From positions 2,319 to 66,318 of the forward strand of contig CAZVYE010000001.1 of NCBI GenBank assembly GCA_964630895.1: 64,000 nucleotides of DNA. Reading direction: 5' to 3'. Origin of the DNA: an uncultured Gammaproteobacteria bacterium (GTDB taxonomy: Bacteria > Pseudomonadota > Gammaproteobacteria > Xanthomonadales > SZUA-38). The position numbers were made by a program, and so were the translations under genes. Numbering within the stretch: the stretch's first letter is position 1; every line of letters begins with the position of its first letter. Below are positions 1 through 9,916 of this stretch, in pieces. The notes beneath the pieces were generated by a model. That model worked only from the letters and a program-made list of their open reading frames with translations. It was not told where the DNA came from and searched no databases.

Positions 1-1162
1 TGCTCACAAGAACGCCGTCAGCCACATCAAAGCTACCGTCGTAGGCACCAGACGTAATGCGTTTTACGTCACCATTTTTTGGATTTAGTTGCCATAAAGT
101 CTTGTGGCCCACGTCTTGCGCACTCAAGATCAAACGACCATCCTTTGCATCCCAGGCCATCCCTGAAACTGAATAATCCCAATCCCCAGTTAAGTCACTT
201 ACCTGGCCGCTGAACAGGTCTAATCGTTTAACTCGTAACTGATCGGCTTCAAACCCAGGTCTTGCCATAGCAAGATAGAATAGCCATTTGCCGTTGTGGC
301 TAACCACCGGCAGCGTGTCCCAAGCTTGGTTAGACTCAGTCAAGTTAGACAACTTAAGATCGCCCGCGAGGTTTACGCGATAAATATCAAAATTCGTGGA
401 ATACGGCTCTTCTTCGTTACGCAGGCGGGCCGCAAAGAACAAGGTTTTACTATCGGCACCAAACGCTAACTCTTCCATGCCGCCAAATGGGCGCGATGGA
501 ATGTCTGCGGTTAAGTCTCCTGAAATTAGCCGAGGCTCTCCCTGAGTTTTTCCATTGTCCTGAATCTGTGCAATGTAGATTCGAGACAACTTTTCGTCCA
601 ACCAGTGATCCCAGTGGCGCATAAATAACTGATCGTAACTTTGCGCGCTTATCTTGGAAGACTCTTTCTCGGCATCTCGATCTGCAGTGCATTGCAATGA
701 GTCACAGTCAGCATAAGTAGCGAATATCAGCGCCAGAGATTGGCCATCTGGAGAGATCTTGTAGCCATTAACCGCAATGGGATAGTCCGTAACCTGTACT
801 GCTTCTCCGCCATTCAGAGGTAAGCGCCAAACCTGATTCGAACCACTGCGAGATGCCGTGAAATATAGAAAGTTGCCATCGGGAGACCAAGCGGGACTGC
901 CTTCACTACCGGAGTGACTGGTTAGACGTTTCGGCTCCAATTTGCCGTTGGTATCCACCAACCAAATATCGGATTGGCCTGAGTCTTCGGCCAGGTCAAT
1001 CTCTTTGACGGTATACGCAACCCAATGGCCGTCCGGTGATAACGCTGGTGACCCAACTCGTGGGATCTGCACCATGATCTCTGCATCGAAAGGCTTGGCC
1101 AGGATGGCTGTTGCCTGCAGCGCTGCGGCAAAAACAAATACGCGTTGTAGCAATCTGAACAT
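1..1162 (-). CDS. S9-family serine peptidase-like protein (signal peptide plus N-terminal beta-propeller part); 3' end runs off the window
   Basis: I translated the minus strand from the ATG at 1162. It reads MFRLLQRVFVFAAALQATAILAKPFDAEIMVQIPRVGSPALSPDGHWVAYTVKEIDLAEDSGQSDIWLVD...SPAWSPDGNFLYF...ISPDGQSL and stays open to position 1. The repeated SPDG blades are typical of TolB-like or S9 peptidase propellers. It is missing from the ORF track because it leaves the window. Confidence 0.6.
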   Translation of the reverse strand, partial: MFRLLQRVFVFAAALQATAILAKPFDAEIMVQIPRVGSPALSPDGHWVAYTVKEIDLAEDSGQSDIWLVDTNGKLEPKRLTSHSGSEGSPAWSPDGNFLYFTASRSGSNQVWRLPLNGGEAVQVTDYPIAVNGYKISPDGQSLALIFATYADCDSLQCTADRDAEKESSKISAQSYDQLFMRHWDHWLDEKLSRIYIAQIQDNGKTQGEPRLISGDLTADIPSRPFGGMEELAFGADSKTLFFAARLRNEEEPYSTNFDIYRVNLAGDLKLSNLTESNQAWDTLPVVSHNGKWLFYLAMARPGFEADQLRVKRLDLFSGQVSDLTGDWDYSVSGMAWDAKDGRLILSAQDVGHKTLWQLNPKNGDVKRITSGAYDGSFDVADGVLVS

Positions 1163-1189
1163 GTAGTCACCCTCTAAAATCTGGAGCAG

Positions 1190-1218
1190 AAGTCTAGCAG
1201 ACAGAGCCAGCTAGACTT
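1190..1218 (-). terminator. Possible stem-loop between the cusA stop and the downstream peptidase gene
   Basis: The 9-bp inverted repeat aagtctagc (1190-1198) / gctagactt (1210-1218) has an 11-nt loop. No clean U-tract follows it on the minus strand. Confidence 0.3.
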
Positions 1219-1251
1219 GATCCTTGGAATAAATCCATCGTGCGCCGATAT

Positions 1252-4200
1252 TTAACCCTTCGCCATGCGGCGTTCAATGAGCAAGAAGACCGCGGGAATT
1301 ACTACCAGGGTAAGCACCAGCGCGCTGAAAGTGCCACCCACCATCGGTGCTGCGATACGCTTCATCACTTCAGCGCCCGTGCCGTCAGCAAACATGATCG
1401 GCAATAGCCCAATGAAGATTGTGGCGACCGTCATCATAATTGGTCGAACTCTTAGCAATGCCCCTTCGCGAATGGCCGCTCGCAATCTGGCCTGGTCTTT
1501 TTTCTCCGTCACTTCCAGCTCGGAGAGGGCCTGCTTGAGATAAACCAGCATAACTACGCCAGTTTCTACTGCCACCCCTGCCAACGCAATAAAGCCCACA
1601 CCTACAGCAACTGAGAGATTGAAATCCAGCGCGTAGAGTAACCAGACGCTGCCGCTAAGTGCCATGGGAATAGTGACCATGATAATCGCGACGTCACGCC
1701 AGCGCCGAAAGCTCATGTACAACAGCATCACAATAATGGCTACAGTCGCCGGAACTACCACCTGTAGTCGCTCCTGGGCGCGTTCCAGATATTGGTATTG
1801 CCCGGACCAGGATAAGGAGTACCCGCTGGGCAATGTTAGGTCCTGCTCTAAAGCAGCTCGAGCTCGTCGCACATAGCCGCCAAGATCGGGTGTATCCAGA
1901 TCCACATACACCCAGCCGTTGAGCCGAGCGTTTTCACTCTTCAACATGGGCGGTCCGGCTTCTATCCGAACCTCGGCCACATCTCCCAGATTGATCCAGG
2001 CGCCGCTGGGAGTGTTCAAAGGTAGCTCCCTTATTTCCTGCAAAGAGTCTCGAATATCCCGAGGAAACCGCACAGATATGGGATATCGTTCACGACCTTC
2101 GACTGCGGTAGATAGCTGCATGCCACCGACGCCCAGACGTATGACCTCATGGATGTCGCCGACGTGCAGTCCGTATTGAGCGACAGCCAAGCGGTCAATA
2201 TCTACCGTAAGGTATCGGCCACCCTGGACCTTTTCCGCAAATACGCTTGCCGTTCCGGGCACTTCTGGCAGCAGCGCTTCGATTTGCTCGCCAATCTCCT
2301 GAATGACCGCCATATCTGGACCCGCGATTTTAATCCCAACGGGTGTCTTGATGCCGGTAGCGAGCATGTCTATGCGCGTTTTGATGGGCCAAACCCAGGC
2401 ATTGGTGAGTCCGGGGATTTGTACCACTTCGTTAAGCTCGGCTTTGATGTCCTCAATAGTAAGGCCGGTACGCCACTCGGTTTGTGGTTTCAACCGGATG
2501 ACGCTTTCAATCATTGTGAGCGGTGCCGGATCGGTTGCAGTTTCCGCTCGGCCAATCTTCCCAAACACCTGGGCCACTTCTGGCACCTGCATGATCAATT
2601 TGTCGGTTTGCTGCAGCAGTTGCGCTGCCTCTCCCGCCGAAATGCCGGGATAGGTCGTCGGCATATACATCAAATCGCCTTCGTTTAACTCCGGCATAAA
2701 TTCGGTTCCCAGCGTGCGCCACGCCCATGCGGAGCTCAGAACCACCGCCAGGCTTAGCACAATGACGGTAACAGGCATCTTCAATGCAAAATCCAGAACG
2801 GGCCGATACGCGGTTAACACCAGGCGATTGAGCGGATTGCGGTGCTCAGGCATCACCTTGCCGCGAACAAAATAGCCCATCAACACGGGCACTAGCGTAA
2901 TCGAAAGCGCTGCAGCAGCGGCCATGGCATACGTTTTGGTATACGCCAACGGCGCGAACAGCCGACCTTCCTGGGCCTGCAGCGCAAACACAGGGAGGAA
3001 ACTCAGCGTGATGATCAATAACGAAAAGAATATGGGTGGACCCACATCTTTGGTGGCCGCCAACACGTGCTGCCAGTGACTATCACTGGCGTATTTAGGC
3101 GACTCCATACGCTTGTGCAGCGCTTCAACCATGACAATCGCTGCGTCCACCATCGCCCCGAGAGCAATAGCAATACCACCCAATGACATGATATTGGCAT
3201 TCAAGCCTTGCACGCGCATGATAAGAAATGCCGCCAGCAAACCCAGTGGCAGCGTGATGATGATCACAAGCGAAGATCTAAGGTGGGCCAGAAATACTGC
3301 ACACACCAATAAAACCACCAGCAGCTCTTCAACCAGCTTGCGACTCAATGTGCTCACGGATCGATCAATCAAACCTGAGCGGTCGTAGACAGAAACTAGC
3401 GAAACACCTTCAGGCAAGCTGTGCTTGAGTTCTTCCAATCGCGCTTTCACCGCGTCGATCACCGCCCGAGCATTCTCGCCAAACCGCATAATGACGATAC
3501 CTCCGACGACCTCACCTTCTCCATTGAGTTCAGCAATACCGCGTCGGGAAGTCGGGCCAATGGTGACACGTCCCAGGTCGGATAAATACACCGGCGTGCC
3601 GTCATCGGCGGTTTTGATAGCGACTGAAGAAAAGTCCTCCACGCTATCAATGTAGCCCGTGGCCCGCACCATGTATTCGGCCTCCGCCATCTCGATCACG
3701 GATCCACTCACCTCAGCGTTCGACATGTTTATGGCGGACTTAATTTGCGCCAAAGTCACGTCATATTGCCGTAACGCATCGGGGTCAACTACCAGCTGAT
3801 ACTGTTTCTCCTGACCACCAACGGTGGCCACTTCGGACACACCGGGCACGCTTTGTAGTTCGAACTTTAGAAACCAATCCTGTAGCGCACGCATCTCACT
3901 AATGTCGTGACTACCATCTTCACTAACCAAGGCATATTGATACACCCAACCCACGCCCGTAGCATCCGGTCCTAGCTCCGGTTGCACACCTGCAGGCAAA
4001 GACGAGGAAACCTGGCCCAAGTACTCTTGCACTCGAGCTCTGGCCCAATACATGTCCGTTCCGTCTTCAAAGATCACATAGACGAATGAATCGCCGAAGA
4101 AAGAATAACCTCGGACAGTGGTCGCTCCAGGCACAGATAGCAATGTCGTCGTAAGCGGATAAGTTACCTGATCCTCAACCACCTGAGGCGATTGACCAGG

Positions 4201-4359
4201 AAAGTTGGTGCGAACTATCACCTGCACATCTGATAAGTCAGGGATAGCGTCAACTGGAGTCTGCTTAATCGCCAGTACGCCAGCTACTGCCAGTGCCAGT
4301 GACGCAAGTAACACCAACGCTCTATTGCGCAAGGACCACGCTATGATGGCGCTAATCAT
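1252..4359 (-). CDS. cusA: CusA/CzcA-family heavy-metal efflux RND permease
   Basis: The ORF is over 1000 aa. Its N-terminus, MISAIIAWSLRNRALVLL...TPVDAIPDLSDVQVIVRTNFPGQSPQVVEDQVTYPLTTTLLSVPGATTVRGYSFFGDSFVYVIFEDGTDMYWARARVQEYL, closely parallels E. coli CusA. I prefer the ATG at 4359, which overlaps the cusB stop by 8 nt. The maximal ORF extends to 4392. Confidence 0.93.
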   Translation of the reverse strand: MISAIIAWSLRNRALVLLASLALAVAGVLAIKQTPVDAIPDLSDVQVIVRTNFPGQSPQVVEDQVTYPLTTTLLSVPGATTVRGYSFFGDSFVYVIFEDGTDMYWARARVQEYLGQVSSSLPAGVQPELGPDATGVGWVYQYALVSEDGSHDISEMRALQDWFLKFELQSVPGVSEVATVGGQEKQYQLVVDPDALRQYDVTLAQIKSAINMSNAEVSGSVIEMAEAEYMVRATGYIDSVEDFSSVAIKTADDGTPVYLSDLGRVTIGPTSRRGIAELNGEGEVVGGIVIMRFGENARAVIDAVKARLEELKHSLPEGVSLVSVYDRSGLIDRSVSTLSRKLVEELLVVLLVCAVFLAHLRSSLVIIITLPLGLLAAFLIMRVQGLNANIMSLGGIAIALGAMVDAAIVMVEALHKRMESPKYASDSHWQHVLAATKDVGPPIFFSLLIITLSFLPVFALQAQEGRLFAPLAYTKTYAMAAAAALSITLVPVLMGYFVRGKVMPEHRNPLNRLVLTAYRPVLDFALKMPVTVIVLSLAVVLSSAWAWRTLGTEFMPELNEGDLMYMPTTYPGISAGEAAQLLQQTDKLIMQVPEVAQVFGKIGRAETATDPAPLTMIESVIRLKPQTEWRTGLTIEDIKAELNEVVQIPGLTNAWVWPIKTRIDMLATGIKTPVGIKIAGPDMAVIQEIGEQIEALLPEVPGTASVFAEKVQGGRYLTVDIDRLAVAQYGLHVGDIHEVIRLGVGGMQLSTAVEGRERYPISVRFPRDIRDSLQEIRELPLNTPSGAWINLGDVAEVRIEAGPPMLKSENARLNGWVYVDLDTPDLGGYVRRARAALEQDLTLPSGYSLSWSGQYQYLERAQERLQVVVPATVAIIVMLLYMSFRRWRDVAIIMVTIPMALSGSVWLLYALDFNLSVAVGVGFIALAGVAVETGVVMLVYLKQALSELEVTEKKDQARLRAAIREGALLRVRPIMMTVATIFIGLLPIMFADGTGAEVMKRIAAPMVGGTFSALVLTLVVIPAVFLLIERRMAKG

Positions 4360-5617
4360 GTTGATCGTCACCATGCATGGAATGATCAGCACTACTGGGC
4401 TGCCAATGCCGTAACCGCGTTATTGCACCAGAGGCACTGGCCTCAGAGTCCAATAAAAATTGTCCGGCCACAACCACCTGTTCACCGGGTGATACGCCAG
4501 CAAGAATTTCAGTGTAGTCGCCGCTGCTGATGCCCACTTCAACTTCCCGTATTACAAACGCCCCATCACCTTCCGCGAGAACGATTCGATCAAACTCACT
4601 ACCGAAGATAATGGCGTCTGTTGGCACGATGAGAACATCATCCTTAGCCCCGCCGTATAGACGCACTTTCACCAGCTGATTGGGCTTCAAACTCCGGTCC
4701 GGATTGGGCAATACGATGCGAGCCGACAGCGTGCGTGTAAGCGGATCTACCTGGGCATCTACAAAACTCACTTCGCCCGCTACTTCTAGCTGCCCAATCG
4801 ACGGAATATCAACCTCCGCGGGCATCCCTACCTGAACAATGCTTTGCTTGTTTCCAGCAATTTCTGCTGCGACCCAAACCTGACTCAGGTCCGCAATTGC
4901 AAGTATTTCTGTGGCGGGATCAATCCGCATACCTTCTCTGACCGGCAAACTCATCACCACGCCATCGTGAGGTGCAAAAACGGACACTTCTTCCTGGGCG
5001 TTACCACCTTGACGCAGTCGTTCGATTTGTTCTTTCGATACACCCAGCGCGGCCAGCTTCTTTTCGGCAGCGGTTACCATCGAACGATTTCCAAGCTTCA
5101 TCGCCTGCACCAGTTCTTCCTGGGCGTTTACCATTTCTGGTGCATACACCTTTGCAACAAGCTGGCCCTGCTTTACCTCCTCCCCGGTTGAGTCCACCAA
5201 CAGCTGCGTTATCCAACCGCCGGTGCGCAGATGAAGGTGCGCAATCTGACTTTCGTCGAGCTGCACCTGCCCGGTAGCGCGTACCATTTGCCACAAGCGG
5301 CTGCGCTCGACTGGCACGGATTCTACGCCAAGATTCTGGACAACCTGAGGGGCAATACTGACATTGCCCTGCCCAACCTCGTCTGCGTAGACAGGCACAA
5401 GGTCCATACCCATAGGGGATTTTCCAGGCTCATCCCGACGATAATTTGAATCCATAGGAGCAACCCAATACAAAATCTCCCGCTCGGCGGATTGTGACTG
5501 CTCGCGTTGCTCAGGCGCATCGATTTCATTTTGACCGAAGAACCATCCTAAGAACGCGCCGATTACAAAGAACGCGCCAACCGCCAATATCCATTTACCC
5601 TTATGCATCTTGCTCAC
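4352..5617 (-). CDS. cusB: CusB-type periplasmic adaptor (membrane fusion protein) of the RND metal efflux pump
   Basis: It has an N-terminal anchor and the motif YWVAPMDSNYRRDEPGKSPMGMDLVPVY typical of CusB-like MFPs. The C-terminal tail is His-rich (HSMHGDDQHD). It overlaps both neighbouring genes. Confidence 0.88.
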   Translation of the reverse strand: MSKMHKGKWILAVGAFFVIGAFLGWFFGQNEIDAPEQREQSQSAEREILYWVAPMDSNYRRDEPGKSPMGMDLVPVYADEVGQGNVSIAPQVVQNLGVESVPVERSRLWQMVRATGQVQLDESQIAHLHLRTGGWITQLLVDSTGEEVKQGQLVAKVYAPEMVNAQEELVQAMKLGNRSMVTAAEKKLAALGVSKEQIERLRQGGNAQEEVSVFAPHDGVVMSLPVREGMRIDPATEILAIADLSQVWVAAEIAGNKQSIVQVGMPAEVDIPSIGQLEVAGEVSFVDAQVDPLTRTLSARIVLPNPDRSLKPNQLVKVRLYGGAKDDVLIVPTDAIIFGSEFDRIVLAEGDGAFVIREVEVGISSGDYTEILAGVSPGEQVVVAGQFLLDSEASASGAITRLRHWQPSSADHSMHGDDQHD

Positions 5618-6887
5618 CCATCAAAAAGTATATGTCCGCCAGTAGTAACTGCAGTTCGGTCTCAAGTCGGCGAAGTTCTAACTCGAATTGATTGCTTTGC
5701 TTTCTTGCGTCAATCGGCGCGGTTGCCAATACCAAACCAGACTCATACGCATTTCGCTGTGCGGCAACCAGGTCTCGAGCTTGAGGCATCAACTGATCTT
5801 TATAGAGCTGGATTTGCATAGACAATTGGATGGCCTGTTCGCGCATTCCATGCCACTTGGCACGCAATTTTTGGTAGGTATCTTTTTGCAGAGCAAGCAC
5901 TTGATCTACACCCGCTGCCGCGGCTGCAATACGGTTATCTGTCTTGCGAGGACGCGCCCAGGGTAGATCCATGCGCACAGTCGCACTTAACAAATCAGGC
6001 TTATCGCGCCCCAATGGGCTGTCGCCAAATCGCTTGCCGTAGCCTAACTCCACAGTGTATCCGGATTTCGCTTCTGCCCGTGCCAGTTGGTAGGTCGATT
6101 GCGCGTGTTGCAACTCTGTCTCCACCACCCTCAACTGTGGGTGGTCAAGTAGCTGCTCGTCAGGTAGATCAACCAGCGCGGCTGCGAACGGATCAGGCCA
6201 GACGCTAGAGACGGGACGCAAAGCAGCATCACCTATCCATCGACTCAACCGCGCGCGACTGTCATGCTCCTGGGCCAAGAGCGAACTAAGTTGCGTAGCA
6301 ATCTTTGAACGTTCTAGTTGGGCAGCTAAAAGAGACGCCTGCTGAGCACTGCTGGTTTCAAGCAGAATCTGCCGGGTTTGAATCTCTTCATCGATCAACT
6401 GTTGCCTGGCGGACAATACGGTTTGCGTCATTTCTAGCCCAACAGTCTGCCAGTAAGCTCGGCGCACATCGTGCAGTATTTCTCGACGCTGTAGCTGTTG
6501 CCTGCTTCGCGCAATCTGCCCTTGATTGAGTGCAACCTCGGATCGCAAGGATCTTACGCCGCTGGCGGGAAAGCTTTGCGCCACGCCAACCTGGATACGA
6601 GTCATGTTTTCCTGATCCAGATCAAACGTGTCCAATGGCAAAGCCAGTAGACCGACGCTAGCCATCGGCTCGGGCAATTCTCCTGCCGCCACCGACTGAA
6701 ACTCATGCGTCCTTACTTTAGCGGCCAACGCGTCCAACGCTGCATTGTTATGTAAGGCCAATCGTTCAGCCTGCGCCAACGTCAATATGTTGCCAACGTC
6801 TCCGGCGGCATTTAAATCCAATGACCGGCTCTGCAAGGGGAGCCATAGAAAAATAATCAGTATCGTAAACAGCAACTGCGCACGCAT
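5601..6887 (-). CDS. TolC-family outer membrane efflux protein (CusC-like position)
   Basis: This roughly 428-aa protein has a signal peptide (MRAQLLFTILIIFLWLPLQS) and a long helical, Q/L/A-rich duplicated repeat architecture. It is the first pump gene of the operon. The ATG at 6887 is preceded by GGAG. No lipobox Cys is present. Confidence 0.8.
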   Translation of the reverse strand: MRAQLLFTILIIFLWLPLQSRSLDLNAAGDVGNILTLAQAERLALHNNAALDALAAKVRTHEFQSVAAGELPEPMASVGLLALPLDTFDLDQENMTRIQVGVAQSFPASGVRSLRSEVALNQGQIARSRQQLQRREILHDVRRAYWQTVGLEMTQTVLSARQQLIDEEIQTRQILLETSSAQQASLLAAQLERSKIATQLSSLLAQEHDSRARLSRWIGDAALRPVSSVWPDPFAAALVDLPDEQLLDHPQLRVVETELQHAQSTYQLARAEAKSGYTVELGYGKRFGDSPLGRDKPDLLSATVRMDLPWARPRKTDNRIAAAAAGVDQVLALQKDTYQKLRAKWHGMREQAIQLSMQIQLYKDQLMPQARDLVAAQRNAYESGLVLATAPIDARKQSNQFELELRRLETELQLLLADIYFLMGEQDA

Positions 6888-7009
6888 CGCACACTCCAAA
6901 AGCTCTATATTTCAAAAGATTAGCTGCGAAACGCAGAAACCACACAACATCTACAGTGCGACACTATCGGTGCACTTGATGTGGTTAGCGTTGCAGCGAC
7001 AATTTGAAA

Positions 7010-7354
7010 CTAAGCGATGGGTGGACGAATATCGGGCGGGCTTAAAATTGAATACAGCTGGTGTTGGCCAGAATACTGTTCGCTCCGGCCTCCGCGCAGA
7101 ATATTGGGGGAATCCTGGCTTGGCAGAGCCACACAAACGGTACTGGACAGCCCATGCATGGCTGGACAATCGCGGTCGCACGCATCCTCACTGCAACAGC
7201 CAGGGCTTTGACTTCCTGCAGGTTCGGAGTCGGGGCAACCACCACAGTGTTCCATGGGTGTCGAATTTGACGCTTCCACAGACTGAGCAGCGAAACCTAC
7301 GATCGGTTGCGCCAGGACTAACAAACTCAGTAATAGAAAAAGAAAACGTCGCAT
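7010..7354 (-). CDS. Small secreted Cys/His/Met-rich protein, possibly metal-binding, heading the cus-like operon
   Basis: The signal peptide is MRRFLFLLLSLLVLAQPIVGFAAQ. The mature part contains MEHCGGCPDSEPAGSQSPGCCSEDACDRDCPAMHG. It lies 110 nt upstream of the OMF gene on the same strand. Confidence 0.5.
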   Translation of the reverse strand: MRRFLFLLLSLLVLAQPIVGFAAQSVEASNSTPMEHCGGCPDSEPAGSQSPGCCSEDACDRDCPAMHGLSSTVCVALPSQDSPNILRGGRSEQYSGQHQLYSILSPPDIRPPIA

Positions 7355-7430
7355 CGGTTTAGAATAACACAAAATTGCCTGCTGCTATCTGGCAGCAACC
7401 GCGAGCATTGGTTCCCAATAATGTCACCAC

Positions 7431-8285
7431 TCAGACCGGGGCCTCTTCTGATTCTCGTATCATTATCGCCGGTCGATTGGCACGGGCCAGCTTGCCCAAT
7501 ACGGAATCCAGGTACTCGCTGAGACGCATCTGTGCCGGACCGGCACGTTTGGATTGGATACTCAAAGTGAGGTAGGAAAGACGATCTGCTAACTGCACAG
7601 CTATCTCATCTTCGAACTGCTCTTCCCAGTCGTGCAAATCGGATGGTGCAGGCTGCCCGTTGCGCCGATAAGGGTTGTCGGCATGCACCGCATACCTGTG
7701 AGAGTTGGTACGCACCGCCTCGACCGCTTCGATCAAACTAAGCAGTCGACCGCCTCCACGATATTCTGGTCGCAGCTCGCAAGACAACACGTGCAGCATA
7801 GCTGCAGTGGTATATCGGTATAGACCGATCAGAGTCTCGTTCATGGGATCGTTTGGATCAGCGTCATCTGCATGCCGCTGAATGACGCGCCGGGCGATCA
7901 TTTCGAACGCAGGGCCGGCGTTACGATACATCTGATAAAAATATGAGATCGGAGTCTGACCAATGGCGTCTATGGTTTCGGTGCAATAGAACTTCATGTA
8001 GCCACAGACACCGTCTATTGAATGCTCAAAGAATGCCTCATTCTCGAACACTTGCACCGCAGACCCCAATGGCGTAAGTCGACGAGTGTGCACGCAGGTG
8101 CCAAACTCACCTACGTCTTTGCCTTCCAGCAACTCTTCATAGCCACAATGAAATTCACCACATTGTTCGCGAAGCTTAGCCAGCCGTTCGTCCGGCTTGG
8201 TCATTGCCCAGAGCATGCTTTGGGAGGATTTGTACTCTGACACCCACAACTTTCCACATGAACCCGACTCTATGTTAGCGCCCAT
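7431..8285 (-). CDS. Hypothetical cytoplasmic protein (Cys-rich N-terminal half), family not recognised
   Basis: This is a 284-aa ORF with coding-like composition and no signal peptide or TM. It has several Cys residues (CGEFHCG, GTCVH, GVCGYMKFYC). The start is uncertain. Confidence 0.5.
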   Translation of the reverse strand: MGANIESGSCGKLWVSEYKSSQSMLWAMTKPDERLAKLREQCGEFHCGYEELLEGKDVGEFGTCVHTRRLTPLGSAVQVFENEAFFEHSIDGVCGYMKFYCTETIDAIGQTPISYFYQMYRNAGPAFEMIARRVIQRHADDADPNDPMNETLIGLYRYTTAAMLHVLSCELRPEYRGGGRLLSLIEAVEAVRTNSHRYAVHADNPYRRNGQPAPSDLHDWEEQFEDEIAVQLADRLSYLTLSIQSKRAGPAQMRLSEYLDSVLGKLARANRPAIMIRESEEAPV

Positions 8286-8449
8286 TGCACCGGTTGGCGA
8301 GCGCTAGGTGTTAAGAAAGGTGTCTTTTGGCACTGGTAAGGCCTTACGACAATTTTCACCTAAGCAACCCACGTATAAGCAAAATCTCACGTAGCCGGTC
8401 TACGTCAATTGTCGTAAACTAGAGTCTTTCACGCCTAGAGTCCCAAGCA

Positions 8450-9916
8450 ATGCGTAAATATTTGTCTTCTCTCTTACTCGTGACCACCGCACTGCTCTTC
8501 GGTTGCGCACAGAATCCCGTCTCCAAACGACCTGACCTGGTGTTAATGAGCGAAGAGGCGGAGATAGCCATGGGCGCCAAGTTGCACCCTCAGGTTCTGC
8601 AAACCTATCCGCCAGTTGCGGACCCCGAACTCCAGGCCTACGTGACTCAGCTAGGGGACGAACTTGCTGCTGTCAGCGAGCGCAGCCACCTGGATTTCAC
8701 GTTCACGGTGATTGACGACCCCAATGTCAACGCCTTTGCCATGCCCGGTGGTTATATTTACGTCACAAGAGGCATGCTTACCCATTTGAACTCAGAAGCT
8801 GAACTGGCCGCAGTCATTGGACATGAAATTGGTCACGTTACCGCCCGACACTCTGTAAAACGCGACGCAAACTCCAAGCTGCTGCAGGGTTTGGCAATGG
8901 CGGGCAGTGTGGCAACCGGTACCGGCGTGACCGGACAAGCGGCCCAGATGCTTGGGTCAGCAGCGCTAAGTGGGTACGGGCGCGCACAAGAATTACAGGC
9001 AGATGAACTGGGTGCCCGTTACATGGCAGAAGTTGGATATTCTCCCAACGCCATTTTGCGCACAGTAGAAATGCTCAAGCAACGTGAGCGCTTTGAGATT
9101 GAACGCGCGCGCGCCGAAGGACGCGAACCCCGCACACCGCATGGCCTCTTCGCAACTCACCCAGACAATGACAAACGCTTTGCAGAAGCGCTGGAAACCG
9201 CACGCGCCCATGCGGCCAATACGCCGTCGCGCGAAGACAATGCCGAGCGCTTTTTGGACCATATTGACGGTTTACCCTGGGGGCCGGCGAAGATGCCCGG
9301 CGTGGTACGCAAGAACCACTTCTATAACGGCAAGTTTGGGATGAAGATCAAATTTCCAGAAGATTGGCGTGTGAGCGGTGAGCCTGACCAGGTAATCGCC
9401 ATCTCACCAGAAAACGACGCCATGATGCAGGTGTTTGTTGTGGTCCCAGGTCGCAACATGAGCGCTGAAGAAGTGATAAGACGCAAACTGGGGCTCAATA
9501 AGATTGTTGATGGCCAGGAAATGACAGTGGCTGGATTACCTGCATATATTGCCACCTCTCCGCGCTATGCATCCCCATGGGGACCCCGCCCGGTGCGCGC
9601 GGCGGCCATTATTGATCCTCGCATTCGGCGCGCCTATGTCTTCGCAGGTTTTGGCAAGCGCGACCTGAGCAAGCTGGCTCGTGATGGCGACTATATCGCA
9701 ACCATTTTTACTTTCGACCGCATGGCTCGCGAGGAGCGCGACCTGGCCCGACCACCCCGGGTTAAAATTGTGCGTGCAGAGCCAGGCACTACTATGTCGC
9801 AGCTCGCAGACAACTCAGCCGTAGCGACGTTTGCAGAACAAAACCTTCGCCTCATCAATGGCTTATACCCAGAGGGCGAGCCCCAAGAGGCACAGCTGAT
9901 TAAAACTGTGGATTGA
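8450..9916 (+). CDS. M48-family Zn metalloprotease lipoprotein (BepA/YfgC-like N-domain)
   Basis: It has a lipobox (LLFGCAQ) and the HEIGHVTARH zinc motif (HExxH), with NAFAMPGGYIYVTRGML upstream of it. Confidence 0.85.
   Translation: MRKYLSSLLLVTTALLFGCAQNPVSKRPDLVLMSEEAEIAMGAKLHPQVLQTYPPVADPELQAYVTQLGDELAAVSERSHLDFTFTVIDDPNVNAFAMPGGYIYVTRGMLTHLNSEAELAAVIGHEIGHVTARHSVKRDANSKLLQGLAMAGSVATGTGVTGQAAQMLGSAALSGYGRAQELQADELGARYMAEVGYSPNAILRTVEMLKQRERFEIERARAEGREPRTPHGLFATHPDNDKRFAEALETARAHAANTPSREDNAERFLDHIDGLPWGPAKMPGVVRKNHFYNGKFGMKIKFPEDWRVSGEPDQVIAISPENDAMMQVFVVVPGRNMSAEEVIRRKLGLNKIVDGQEMTVAGLPAYIATSPRYASPWGPRPVRAAAIIDPRIRRAYVFAGFGKRDLSKLARDGDYIATIFTFDRMAREERDLARPPRVKIVRAEPGTTMSQLADNSAVATFAEQNLRLINGLYPEGEPQEAQLIKTVD

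Noticed and set aside
2149-2688. 179-aa and other plus-strand ORFs inside cusA
   Set aside because: These are shadow ORFs opposite a highly conserved RND permease gene.
6745-7362. 205-aa plus-strand ORF spanning the cusC 5' end, the intergenic region and the Cys-rich peptide gene
   Set aside because: It overlaps two better-supported minus-strand genes and a non-coding spacer. It has no signal or domain features.
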